Shown one piece after another: positions 49,753-63,600 of a stretch of 64,000 nt of DNA; the first letter of the stretch is position 1; each line of letters opens with the position of its first letter. A model generated the notes under the pieces. That model was not told where the DNA came from and searched no databases. It was given only the letters and a program-made list of their open reading frames with translations. The DNA comes from Podarcis tiliguerta (taxonomy: Eukaryota). The DNA lies in NCBI GenBank assembly GCA_965153285.1, contig OZ229119.1. One strand, 5' to 3'. The translations under genes were made by a program, and so were the position numbers.

Positions 49753-52700
49753 CTGTTAAAAGTTTAAAATTAAAAAGTTATTCCTAAATATATGCTTTAT
49801 ACAAAAAAAGCCAAATCCTCTGCAATAGAAAAGAGATGCTAGCTACTTCTATACTGTGTAAAACACCATATAATACCTAACTTGAAGAGTCAGCCCTCCC
49901 ATAGAAATCAACCAGAAGCCTGTCACTGGAGGGTACGGAGGGTAGCAAAAAGAGAAAGGCTACGCATTTGTGGGAAATTCTCCCCAGGGAAACACACCTC
50001 ACACCAACAATGTCTGCTTTCCTGCTTGCTTAGGCTTTCAGTCTTTGAGCATAGTGTAGTATGATTTATATCCATGATATTCTTCTTTCAGTGGGATGGG
50101 GTAGGATATGTCATTTTTATTCTTGTTAAATAAAAACCTTTATAAATTTTTGTTCTATTGTATTTTATTCTATATATTTGGTTTTAAATTACTAAGAAAG
50201 CTAGTCAGCATTTTATATATTTGTAAGTTGCTTACAGACATTTTGTAGACTGCATTAAATGAATGCAATAAAAAATCCTGATCATCAATTGCAGGCTGTC
50301 CGCTTTGGGTCTAAAGTCAAAGTATGATCCAATTTTTGAGTTAGATTCCCACACAAATTATTTAATATACCAGCATAAATCCAAAAAACTGCAAGCAAAC
50401 TGGAAGGAGAATTTGCAGAGCTTTTGATTTCCTTTAAGCTTACACCTCACCATTACTGATAGTCAAAATACAAACTGATCTTTAAACTTAACAGTTGGTT
50501 TGCCTCTTTGCTCAGGCAAAAATTCAAAGGAAAATTCCATATGCATGGCCCTCCACCATGTACACACATACCATCCTTTGGCTGTTAATGCTCTCATAGT
50601 AATAATGATTCCTAGAAACTGGTACTGAGAAGCTACTATTCTACCTCATGACCTTGATATGCAGAATGCCACATGCCCATCGTGTCCCCCACACTGCTCT
50701 TAATGGAAAGTGGAAAGCCACATGTTTTCCTTTGGCCTAATGGCCACAGGGCACACAAATGGCTTGCAATATACATGCATGCAAAGTCATCAGTCTTCTC
50801 ACCTTCTGTTTTTTCTAACTGTTTTTCTGCATACCCAGATTGTTTTATGGGCATGCAGAAACTACCCACTTCTCTCTGAAAAGGCCTATTTCATTGCCAT
50901 ACTGGTCAGCACTGGGCCATTCACTTCACTATCAGATGACTCATTCACACAGGCAAACAGACTACTGATGCTGCAGGTACTTAGTGATGAATATGACTGT
51001 GTGAACCAACCCCTAAAAAGGAGCTAAAAGATCCTTGTGCATTTCTACTCCAATCTCCCTCCTGTGTTTACTGTGCAAAAACTGAATAACCTCATTTCAC
51101 TTTTAACCAACAGTAGCTACATAACCAAATTTCCAGATACACTGGTACAACTGAGGCATTAGACCTAAGTAAACAAATAAAACAAATATTCAACTAGCAA
51201 CATGTGAAAGAAGAACTGCCTCCAATAAGACAATAAACTGTGGAATAAACTGTTTCTTGCTTAATTCCCATGATTAATTCCTATAATACAAGTCATTATG
51301 TGCATTTTGCTACGATCAACCTTTAGATGAGCAAGGAAGAAGTCTAAAGTCTGAATGTAAGGTTTATGAGCTGAACCCATGGTGACAATTTCTCATGTTA
51401 CATAAGCACAAAGTAATGTTATGCCATTTCATAGTGCAATATGGTAAAGACCAAATATGTACAGATTTGAGAGAAACTATAATGGATTGAAAAATAACCT
51501 CCACAAAACAAACAATGTTTCAGCATTAACAACAAAAACAAAATTGTATACTGTAATGGTTTAAAGATAAGATTTTATATAAAAAGCCAGTTACTAAGCC
51601 TTTTTAAAAGGCAACCACTATAAGTCCTCCAGAGCCAAGAACTACTTAACTTGCTTCTCTCTTGTCAGTCACTTCTCCACGTAGTCTTCACTTATCTCAC
51701 CTACTGTTGAAGAACACCAACATTATGGAGGGCCAAGATTTATAACTTTAGTGTATTGCACAGGGTTTTTCCTTGGAATTCCTCAACGTCTAAAAAGCTC
51801 CCTAACTGCCCCTTTGGGATCTATGTATTACAGCAGGGGCCCTAAAATATAATGGCAAACAAATACTTTTAAAATAGGTCATCTCCCTTTATACTTCCCC
51901 AGTTCTTTGTGTTGTAGGGTAAAGAGAGATAGACATGAAATGAACACTACTCTGCGGCTAAAAATTCCCTAAGGTTATGAGAGTTCTGAGATTTGAGAAG
52001 CAATCTGAGATGTAACAGAGAGTGTACAAAGGGAAAATTAAGATCCTTCAGAGCTATGTTTAAATCAGGACTGCCAACTAATTTAAAACAATCACTCTAA
52101 GAGGCAGAGATTTGTTCACCAACAAGCAATGCTTGTTGTTTCTTGGCAGAAATCCGAAGTAGCATCACAGCAAGGAGTCTGCCTTCTTTATATAGTGTAT
52201 CTAGAACAACTGATATGGCACTCCTAGTAAAACACAATGCATTTAAAAGCAGTTAACTAATGCAACAATGCTGTCTTGTTTACTCAAATGGCTTGAACAT
52301 CCATGCTTAGGATAATTATAGATGTTTAAGGGAATGGATATTCACTGTTAGGGGTGTATGTATGAACAAAATTTGTTTCCATAAGATTAAAATAACCATA
52401 ATTTGAGCAATAAATGATCTGTGAATGTTATAATTCATTTTAAAAAGTAGGACCTGGCACGTCAGAATTACTTAATGTCTTCAATAGGTAATGCAACATT
52501 CCGAATTCTTCAGTAACGTCTTTCCTAACCATAAAACTGTTCCTAACAAAGTACTGTGTGAACGTATAATCAGAAATGTCTTAATCTAAAATCAATTTCA
52601 GACAATATTAAAATGGACTTTTGAGGACTTGTGGAATTTTTAAAATTAACTTTAATTAAAGAACATGCTCCACATTATCCTGCGGTGACAAAAATACTGG

Positions 52701-53120
52701 TAGCTTCTTGGCTAAAAGGAGGTACATTTACAGCATAATCCAACATTTGTTGTTTACTCAGAACTAAGCATCACTGTGGTGAAATCCTAAGTGCTATGTT
52801 TAGGATTGGAACCTTACGTCTTTAAAAAAGAAAAGGAAGAGAGATTTACTTTTATTTTTATTGTGAGCGCAGTGGTGCCTAAAGAGTCAAAAAGAGTACT
52901 CACATCCATTTTAAGTATTTTATATAGAACACAATAGTTAAAAATAAAGTACTGAATTTCCATCTACTTAAAACCCTCTGCTTTGTATCCAATGGTACCA
53001 GTCAGATGACAAGGTTTCCTTCAGCACAATTGGGAGGGATGCCATTTTTGTCAATCTGTTCCGAAGTGTTGGGGGACTCCAAAGCAGAATACAGGGGTGC
53101 AGAGGGGAAGAGGTGAACAC

Positions 53121-53723
53121 TGCTTTCCCCTCATTCTGCTGAATCAATCCTTACCACCAGCTGGGTGACACAATTAGAAAAAAGCCCTTTGTAAATAGTG
53201 AAGCCCTGAACAATACACATTTCTAAACATACTTTGTAAGCGGTAGCTCCAGTTTTAATATAAGCTTCATTCTTTTTTTCACAAAGTTCACCATGCAGGT
53301 ATTGTTTAGGCAAGAAAACCCAATAGCATGCAACATACAGATGAGAGAGCACCAATCTCTTTGGATCAATGAGTGTATTTGGGATTTTGAGAGAGTGCCC
53401 TTGGCATCATGCTCTCTAACTGCTTCACACACACCCCAAAGACGGAAAGAAAATGTGCTAGGGCATGCACATGCCCCTACACACAGACAGACAAACAGAC
53501 ACACACACAGCTTTTCCATGAGATAAGGGTAAAAATCAGATCCAGTAGAATAATAGAGTCCTCTAAATTTCCATGACTTTACATAAGAGTTACCCCAGTA
53601 CCACCATAAAATTAGAGCCAATATTGGATAGACTGACGATTTAAAATCACTTCACAGATCCAGTGCTTCCCTCTCATTCTGTTGAATGAAGCTTTACCAC
53701 CAGCTGAGTGACACAATTAGAAA
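53121..53723. repeat. Diverged direct repeat pair, about 60 bp
   Basis: 53121-53180 and 53664-53723 share TCATTCTG.TGAAT.AA...TTACCACCAGCTG.GTGACACAATTAGAAA. Confidence 0.85.
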
Positions 53724-54314
53724 TAGCCTGTAGATCTGAAAGAAAATGGTGTGAACACACCACTCTTCCTTCAGCTCTATGCACTTTTTTAAGGGTGGGG
53801 GCAGCATGGCTACCTTATAATGAAGAGGAGGAGGTTAAAGGATTTGCAGCCACCAGAAGTCCTCAAGCTTGCCATTATGCCCATGTAGATGGAAAACTTC
53901 ACCACACTGAATACTCTAGAATACTCTGTTTACCCAAAATGAATGAGTTAATACCTTACGGAAGTTAAATATTTCCTTTGAAACCACAAATAGAGAATCT
54001 CTCTCAGCTTACAACGCTTACAACAGATTAAAGCACACCCTCTGCCAAGGCACTCACGTAACCGTACTTTTCATCAGCACGCTTTTGTCCTGTATTTTTT
54101 TATCTTGTGAACCGCCCCGATATCATCGGATGAGGGATGGTATATAAATTTTATTATTATAATAAAATAAATATACAGGCAACTCCCCAATAGTGTGGGG
54201 GTTATATTCTGGGTCACCTTGCGCATCGGTGGAGAACACATCATCTTTCCCTGCTTCCCCCATATTTATTTACCTACTTTATTTATACTGCTGCCCCATA
54301 GCAGAAGTACTCTA

Positions 54315-54525
54315 GGAAGCCAGTGTAGTGTAGCGGTTAGAGTGTTGGACTAGGACCTGGGAAACCAGGGTTCAAATCCCCACTCAGTCATGAAGGTCAC
54401 TGAGTAACCTTGGGCAAGTCACAGCCTCTGAACCTACCTCACAGGGTTGTTGTAGGAATTAACTGAAGTGGGGGTAAACCATATATTTCTTGGAAGAAAG
54501 GTTGGGATATAAATGCAATAAATAA
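54315..54525 (+). mobile_element. MIR/CORE-like tRNA SINE (Squam3-like)
   Basis: A box TAGTGTAGCGGTTAG, B box GGTTCAAATCC, CORE-like ACCTTGGGCAAGTCAC...CCTACCTCACAGGGTTGTTG, (AATA)n tail. Confidence 0.85.
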
Positions 54526-54529
54526 GCTA

Positions 54530-55930
54530 TTCTGCTTAAGAAAGATGGAGGGGCCAGTCAGATGAAGATGTCAACTGCCAACCTGGCCTCTGGAGATCTC
54601 CATGTGGTAGCGATTAGACCCACACAAATTGCAAAACATGTCTGGTGCCTGGTTAGTTTTGAACACTGGGCACAGGCAGGTAGCATAGGTTCTGCAAGAT
54701 GGAGAGATGCTATGGAACACCTAAGTACTACAAGTACTCTAGCACATGGGTAGTCCCGGGGGCTGGTTCCAGCCCAATCGCCTTCTCAATCTGGCCTGCG
54801 GACGGTCTGGGAATCCGCGTGTTTTTACATGAGTAGAATGTTTCCTTTTATTTAAAATGCATCTCTGAGTTATTTATGGTGCATAGGAATTTGTTCATTT
54901 CTCCCCCCCTCCCTAAAAATATATATATATATAGTCCGGCCCACCACATGCTCTAAGGGATGGTGGACCGGCCCACGGCTGAAAAAGGTTGCTGACCTCT
55001 GCTCTAGCATCTGCTTTCTGCACAAGCTACAATTTCTGGACCATCTTCAAGGGCAACCCTGCATAGCACACACTATAATAATTGAGACAGAAGGTTATCA
55101 GAGTGTTCTAAACTATCACCCATCTGTGTCGAAGAACAGCCAATAGCTAGAACTAGGCTCTCCTTGCCACAGAAACCACCTAAGCCTACAGTGCAGAGAT
55201 GGATCCAGGAGAATCTCCAGACTATGAACTTGTTCTTTCAGGGGGAGTGCTACTCCATCTGCAGCAGGTCAAACACAAGAACTACCCAACAATGTCTCTG
55301 TCTTGTCCGAATTAAGCTTCTGTTCACTAGCTCCCATCCAGCCCATTACTGCCGCTAAACACCAGCTCTACATCAACATATCACTGAATATTATGTTAAT
55401 AAAACTCAGTCCCAAACTCCCAATGATTCCACCCAATGGCCTATAGATGTTAAATAGCACTGGGGACAGAATTGAACCCTGCATCACAGTTGCCACATAT
55501 CCAAGCATGTCACTCTTATGGTTCTCTGAAAACAGCCCTGCAAGCAGGAACAGAACCACTGTATCATCATGTCACCAACCCATACAGCTGCTCCAGATGT
55601 ATGCTATGGTTAATAGGATCAAATCTGCTAACAGATTAATGAGTGACCACAGGGAACCACTGCTATGTCTCTCCAAAAACACATCACCAACCACAACGAC
55701 CAAAGCCACTGCAGTGCCAAACCAAACCCTGAAGCTGTATTGAAATGGGTCAAGGAAATCTGCTTCATCAAAGTGTGTCCAAAGTGCCTGGCCACAACTC
55801 CCTCAAGTACCTTGTCCAAAGAGGAATATGGGCAACTGGGTGATAATTGCTCAAAACCTCAGAATCCAGGGAGCACCCCTTGAGGAGGTAAAGCACCACC
55901 ACACATTTCAAAGTGCCTTGCAAAATGTGA
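54530..55930 (-). mobile_element. L2-type LINE RT fragment
   Basis: Minus-strand QGSILSPVLFNIY RT motif (ORF 55368-55559). Confidence 0.75.
54745..55001. mobile_element. hAT-Charlie non-autonomous element nested in L2
   Basis: Perfect 8-bp TSD ctctagca (54737-54744 and 55002-55009); right end AAAAAGGTTGCTGACCTCTG. Confidence 0.88.
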
Positions 55931-56512
55931 CTTTACCACTCCCTGGACTAACCTAATATTTCAGGCGCTATACAAAACATGAGTGTATCTTTTCTACCAC
56001 CAAAACTCTCTAAATGTAGTTTATGTGCAAGAGCATATTCTTACTTCAGTTATTTCTCCCTTGAGAAATACTTTGTGATTCCCAATATTTCAACTTGTGC
56101 TCAAGAAGGACATTCTCTTTATGAAAAATACACAGGAAAATTGTGAAAAGCTTTTCTATCCACTCTAGGTCAGTGAAAATTGTGTCTCATCTCTTTTCTC
56201 AATAGAAAAGAAATAATAATATCACAGGATTCAGTGATGTCTTCTGTTATATTACATACATGCTAGATAGACTGCAAAGAGCTACTTTATGTGTAGTCAA
56301 GCATTTGGGACATACCCCACAGGACTTCTGACTTTCCTCATTAAGCAACAAACCTGTATATATCACCCAACACCAGCTGCTTTAGAAGCAACCCTCCATT
56401 TCTAAAGGTGTTCACTATGCAGAATGGGAAGCTGCTAAAGAAAAACAGGCTCAAAACCAACTTGCACATACAGAACTAGATATATGATTTCTTGGATCAT
56501 TAAATATCAATA

Positions 56513-56713
56513 CAGTGGTACCTCGGGTTACATACGCTTCAGGTTATAGACTCCGCTAACCCAGAAATAGTACCTCGGGTTAAGAACTTTGCTCCGGAGG
56601 CGCAACGGAAGCAGGAGGCCCCATTAGCTAAAGTGGTGCTTCAGGTTAAGAACAGTTTCAGGTTAAGAATGGACCTCCAAAACGAATTAAGTACTTAACC
56701 CGAGGTACCACTG
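56513..56713. mobile_element. Tigger-like MITE, inverted relative to the 48227 and 59046 copies
   Basis: TA|CAGTGGTACCTCGGGTTA...TAACCCGAGGTACCACTG|TA. Confidence 0.93.
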
Positions 56714-58539
56714 TAGTTCAATATCAATAGTACCTTGTGTAACAACACAATGAAAATGCAATCAAATGAATGAAATATCCCATACATATGGCAGTGGCCC
56801 ATTTCTGACTAGCTGATCACACCCATGTGAATTGGATTCCACAGTCATTTATTCTCTGCATAGTATTGTCACAACTATTGCTATCTCTTACACAGCCTGA
56901 CCTCCTGGTCTCATTTTCAAAAGAAGAGAATGTTCTCTCCTCTTTCTACTCAGGCTGTGCATGTGTACTTAGGTGATGCATATGATGAACTGCAGCAGCT
57001 GAACCTGGCTCTTACCTATACATGTACCACAAAACTCTTCATTGTTTTTGCTGCAATACTACCTCTCTTCAAAAGTGTCAGCAAGGATAATCATAGACAT
57101 TCTCAAAAACAAAAAACCACGTATTTTAAGGTAAGAGTCTGATCTTGCTCCCAACCTGACATGCTAAGCCTTGCTTAGCTTTTTAAAAACAGCATTCCCT
57201 CAGAGCCCTAACTAGCAAAGAGCAAATATATATATGATATGATTTAATAACCCACTAAAAAACTTTATGTAAACAAATACAGACTTTGTTTCCCCAGGAA
57301 GACTTAGTGGACAAATTCTATTAGTCTCAAGCCATCAACATGAGGGTCAGGAAGGAATCTTCCACTCCCAAATCAGAATGCTAGTATTCCTTTAATGCAG
57401 CTGTCTTCAGACTTCAGTACCCAGATGTTGGACTACAACTCCCATCACCCCCAATCATCAGATAAACTGGCTAGGGATTATGGTAGTTGCAGTTCAACAA
57501 CATCTTGGGCACAAAGGTTGAAGAACCCTCCTGTATTGCACTACTGTCAGGCAATTAACAGTGCTGGATTGGGTCTGAATTCTTTAACGTATATTAATCC
57601 AAAAGGTTTGCTTTCTTCATGGGGAAGTAATCTCAGTGATCAAGAAACAACAAAACAGGTTGTCTTTTGCCATCTGAGTTATATTAATGTTTCTTAAAAT
57701 ATCCTGGTTTAAAATAAAACCTAAATTTAAATACAGGCAATAGTAAGGTCTACACGTATTAACTTAAAACAGAATAATGACCATCCAAACAGATTAGGCT
57801 AAAGGTGGATATCTGCCTGAGGTTGACTGATACCCTGACCTGGTTCTCATATCGTATTAAACTATATTTTATAGTTTATTACTATGGCATAATGTGCTAA
57901 TAAATGTGACTGCACTTCATTCCTCTCCCTGTCCAGATAGGGAAAAGGCTATGGTCTGGATTCTCATGTTGGGCTCACTGTGTGGAGAAAACAACAAACC
58001 CTAAGCAGAAGTCAAATTTTGTTCTTTGTTTTACCACTCATGGTTTGTTTGGGGGGGTTTGCAGCAGCAAGGGAGGAGGGCAGCACCTATTATTTCAGTA
58101 TCATGCATTAACAACTAAACCACAGGTCACTGGGGATATGAACATGCCTTACTCAGGCGTGTTTCAGCTTTTGAACACTGCTGTAAACCAAATGCAAACC
58201 AATGGTTTAATTTATGTGCTACATTTATTATACAAGTTTTCTACTGGATCCAGGCACACATCATCAGCAGTTATGATCGGCTTCAAGTAAATGATCCTAC
58301 TTAGTATTATTCCATGGATAGAATCACATTGAAATCCATCTCTTCTTAGATATCTGAGTGGCAAAACAAGATGTATTTAATTGTTACAGTAGCCAGCTAG
58401 TATGTATAGTCTTATCAAATGTCTCTTGAATTTAAATATTGTGGTTCTGTGGGTCTGCTCTTGTTCTCAGGGAAAGAGAATACCACCTTTTAGTGTTAAC
58501 GTACATGCAACTACAAAGTAAGTTCTACTCAACACAACA

Positions 58540-58880
58540 AGATAGCACAAAGTGCCTTTCTGGATTAGGCCAGTATCTAGTCCAGCATCCTGTTTTCAAA
58601 GTGGCCAACCAGATGTCCATTGGAATCCCACAAGCATAACGGGAGTGCAACACCACTCTTCCCACTCGTGATTCCCAGCAACAGGCATTCGGAGGTATAC
58701 TGCCTCAGATGGTGGAGGAAAAACATAGATATTGTGGCTAGTAGTAGCCAATAGCCTTATTCACCACAATTATCTGATCCTCTTTCAAAGCATTCAGAGT
58801 TGGTGGCCATCACTACCTCCTGGGGGAACAAATTCCACAGACTGTATTAAAATATTATGTGCTATGTGAAGAAGTACTTT
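58540..58880 (-). mobile_element. CR1 3' end, reverse orientation
   Basis: Reverse complement resembles 48700-49029 (CTAGTCCAGCATCCTGTTTTCAAAGTGGCCAACCAGATG). Confidence 0.75.
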
Positions 58881-59045
58881 CTCAGACCTTAACATTTCCA
58901 TTTATGTTATTTTATTAACTTCTCTAAAGAGCCAGGTATGTTACAGCTGTTTAGGGATAGGGTGCTACTGCAACAGTTGCAGCTCCCTACTGGAATGCTT
59001 TGATGTTCCCCTTTTGAATCCATGTTTTTTCTTTCTTTCAGGATA

Positions 59046-59287
59046 CAGTGGTACCTCGGGTTAAGAACTTAATTCGTTCTGGAGGTCCGTTCTTAAACTG
59101 AAACTGTTCTTAACCTGAAGCACCACTTTAGCTAATGGGGCCTCCCGCTGCGGCTGTGCCACTGCTGCACAATTTCTGTTCTCATCCTGAAGCAAAGTTC
59201 TTAACCTGAGGTACTATTTCTGGGTTAGCGGAGTCTGTAACCTGAAGCGTATGTAACCTGAGGCGTCTGTAACCCAAGGTACCACTG
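59046..59287. mobile_element. Tigger-like MITE
   Basis: TA|CAGTGGTACCTCGGGTTA...TAACCCAAGGTACCACTG|TA. Confidence 0.93.
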
Positions 59288-60397
59288 TACATGCAAAGAC
59301 AATATATTTTCCTTACAATTTGGTGGTCAGCTACATTCAAGACATGAATCAAGTATACTGGGACAACAACTAAAGTGGAAGGGTGTTATTTGGCCATTGA
59401 TCTTTCTTCTACTCTTCCAAAACAAGAAATAGAGGATTGACAAGAACTTTATTCATCCAGCAAGATCGGACAATTTGCGATCCAATAAACATAGTCCCCA
59501 TTTAAACCTTTCAGGTCCTTTGTAGTAAAGGTATTTATCAGCGTTTCTTCCAGAGTCTAGCATCTAATCATTGAGCTGTACCTTAGAACATCTTCTTTCC
59601 ATTCAGTTTTTTGGGGGTATAATTTTTCTAACACTGGGAAGCAGTTTTCCTGAGAAAGTAATTCAAAAATTAATTTCAATATACGAAACATTTACAAAGA
59701 AAAAAAGCAAGTAGTTGTTTATTTGTTACAGCTTGAATAGCATTCCAAAACAAGATCACTGGAAATATATTGTGTGATAATTCAGGGTAAGCACTGTACA
59801 ATATGCATTAAACATAAAAGTGCATATTAGTCTTAAAAAGCAGCAAGTGTATGATCAATTAAAATTACAGGGACTAATAACATGCATATCAAGAACATAA
59901 TATCATTATAGTTTTCCCACTAAAAGTTATTGGTTTATTCTAAAATAATAAAAACTATCACTTATTTGTTAATCTTATGCCTGCATGAGTGATATGTAGA
60001 GGCTACTTCTCTCAAAGGAGAAAGTTAAGTATTTACTGCATCCTGCCAGTTAGGAAGTTAGTTTCGTCAACATGTCCCAACAGCTTTTCTATTTGAACCA
60101 TTGCACAGCAGAGGATGTAAGCTCAATGTCTATTCCTGTTTCCAGGGAAACACTAGACCAAACACATCTTGACTAGCGCTTGCTTCTGCATAACCAAGCA
60201 AGAAAGGAAGGTCCCTATTGTTTGTTCCTTCACACAGATTTATATGGATTTGTTTCAAAAGCTAATATAACAAATCTTTTCCAAAGAAAGTGAACAAAAC
60301 AATAACCCTAAAAAATCTCAATTTATTAATTCCACTCATTTAGTGTCCCAATCCATGCTCTAATTTTCACATTAGACTACTGTAATATACTCTGCAT

Positions 60398-60619
60398 CAG
60401 AGCTTTTCAAACTTTTCATTTTGGTGATACACTTTTAAGACATGCATCATTTTGCAACGCAGTAATTCAGTTTTACTAGCAAACCAAAGGTTAAATAAAC
60501 CCCTTCTCAGCCCCAAGAGAAGCATGGAAGCATTCATACAATACACCTACACACTGCAGCCAAAACACCAACCTGTCACAATACACAAATAATGTCACAA
60601 CACAGTTTGGAAAGCTCTG
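60398..60619. mobile_element. hAT MITE
   Basis: CAGAGCTTTTCAAACT...AGTTTGGAAAGCTCTG TIRs; TSD ctctgcat / ctctacat. Confidence 0.85.
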
Positions 60620-63600
60620 CTCTACATGAAGCTGCCTTTCAAAATTGTTTTAAAACTGCAATTAGTTGTGAGTGCAGCACCTAGACTACCAAATAGGACT
60701 GGGCATTATGAGTACAGAAAGTGAGATCTCCAACAAAATGTTCTAGCCCCTCTATTCCTCCTCTCACCCAGTTTTCTGCCCTCTTAAAAAAAAAAATCTA
60801 GCTTGCATTTGATAACCATTAAACAATTTCCTCATGAGCCAAGTTTGATAGGTAGGCAGAACTGTCAAACACCAGACATCACAATGGCCTGTGTATGGGG
60901 TGCTTTAAACCTCCAATAACCAGCTGACTGTCAGTGCTTACAGGAGTTCAAAGCAGCACTTTAAAGCCTTATCACCTGATTGTGAGGGCAACAAAATGCT
61001 TGTTAAGGTCCCTGACAGCTCTAATGATCAGCTGCTAATCAATGCTTGCAGACAAGCCTGCACAGTGCTTTGAAGCTGTACCTTCAAGTGTTACTCTGCA
61101 AGCCAAGACAATGGGAGCCCTTTCCAGTGTCCAACTATCAGCTGATAATCTGGGCTTCAAAACATCAGCAATCAGCAGATCACTGAACTAGCAAAGAGGT
61201 GAACATGGCATTACGCACAACATTTTGCAGATGCTATCAGTGGTGCCTGCAAACCCTTCTTACAAAAACATGACTTTTCCTGCTCCACATCTGACATCAT
61301 AAATGGAATCAAGTACAGGGCAGGTAGCTGTGGCTTGGCCCAAAATAGCCTCATGGGCCAAATAAGGAGGGCTGGTTGGCCTAATTAGTTCCCCACTGCT
61401 GATCTTGAATTAGTTGTTTACAGCTTATGACCATGGTACTTAAAGGGCTGTCTGTCTGTGTCACTTGTACATTAAGATCTTTCTACTAGGTGCCTTTTGT
61501 CTTTTGTAGCTGGCTACCAAGGAAAGGGTCTTCTTTGTGATAGTGCTCCAATTATGAAATATGCTCCCTTGGCATTTCATCTGCTTTGTTGTCATTTTAC
61601 AGCCTGCCAAAGAATTCCCCACTCCCCACTTTTTAAATTTAAAAACTATTAGCAGGGATTATCTGATAAAATATTACTGTCCCCTCCCTTTACACTCTCT
61701 ATCCCCACCCCACCCTGACTGAGAAGCATTTGCCTCAAGGCCAACAAATTGCCTTTATTTCAAAACTGCCAGTTTCTGAAGTTGACTTATTTAACAAAGT
61801 TTAGTTTTATGTTTAAAAATAGTTCTGTCTCCAGACAACACAAGAAGCTTCAGTTAACCAAAAGCTCAAGCTTCTGAACACCTCCTCGGCCCTGCAGTGA
61901 GAGGGGTGACATGTGATAGACTATGTTGACTGCTATTACTTAGCTTTGTTGTTCTAATCTAGAAGGCATTTCCTACTGATGTTATCTGTTTGTCAGCCAC
62001 TTTAAGGATCTTCTTTGCTAAATTGCAAGTTAAAAATCGCCAGACTAAATGCATTCACTACATCTTAGCTGGAAATGCTTATGGCCACAATTTCCGAAAG
62101 CAACATAATCTTTCTACTCACCACCACAGTCATTTTGCAATTTGTAAATAAACATGGTAGGGCTCTTTAAAGGCACTGAAGGAAGTGTACTTTAGGTAAC
62201 AGACAGGATAGTTAAGTCCCTGACTATTCTATGAAATGGTCATCTAATCTGCAGAGATAAAGCAGACAGACAGACAGAGGTCACAAGCAGTTTAATATAG
62301 CAGGTCGACCCTTTCCTGCAATATTAACCCTATAATCTGCTATGAAGATTAATGTGTGAGCTGGCATAGGAGATCTCCTGCACGCATTTGCATGTGCCCT
62401 ATTTGTAAGAACTTCGTACATTTCAAAACAGAAAGCACCAAGTAAATTCCTTATTATTTAACAGAAAGATTTATTATAAGACTATGATGTACTCATGTGT
62501 ACCCCACATGCAGGGCATAACAGTATTGACGGAGAGCCAGGGCCATGCTTTTAGCCCTGCACATATTACCACTCCATTCTGGAAAAAAATATTATTTTCT
62601 TGACAAGAGTGGCAGACTCAATCTGGAAAACAAGGGAAAGAGGACTTGATTATCAAACCAATGTTTCATGCCTTAAACAGAGCAGCAACATGACATCTGT
62701 GAATAAGGAGACTATACCAGGAGAGGGTATAGGGTATTTATGAATATGGCAGCAGCATATCTTAAAGATGTCTATTAAGTCCCATTTGAGAATGAGGGTT
62801 GATTCTACTATCGCCTCCTTAGCAACCACCCATGCAGGTAGAGCACTGGGACTAGGAGGAGGATAGGATAGAATTTCAATGGTTGCTATTAAGAACATTT
62901 GAAACCACACCCCTCTCAAGACTGAGCTTGAGAACAACTATTCAATGAAAGAGAAAGCATATGTAAGTTATTTTTAACTATAGCAATTGAACAATGGAAA
63001 AAGGTTCCCTCATACTGTTGGATTTACAGTTCACCCAAGGTTGCCTTAGTCTGGTTTAGTCATGGGAGTAAAAAAGAAGCAATTCTAAAAAAATCCAGAA
63101 AGCAGCATTTAAAAAAATGAAGAGCAGAAAATTTCAGAATTCATAAAAAAAAAGTATCCCAAAGCTTTAAACAGATTTAGAATCTGACCTGGAATATTTA
63201 TTTGCCTTATGTTTAGTGAACAAAAGGTACGTAGCAATTTTTATGCCCTATAAACATCTAACATGTTTTCTTAGTCAAAAGTAGTCAAGACTGTAAAATA
63301 TGATGAAACAGCCATTGGATCTTTGGATGAAGGGGGATATACAAAATTAACAACAGTAGCAACAACAACAACTCCTCACACTTAATGTAGTTTTGGCCAC
63401 AATCTTGCAACACACCTCAAAATAAGTTTTACCTGAGCTCAATGGGATTTCCTGCTGAGTAAGGCTGCATGCATAGAATTACACTCATAGTCTGACCAAT
63501 TCACTCTTACATTGCAGGATAGAGTGGAAGGGAAAAGCGGCTTTTGATACCCAAACACCTGATTCACCCAGCCAGCGTAGGAGCAAATTTTTAAATGTTG

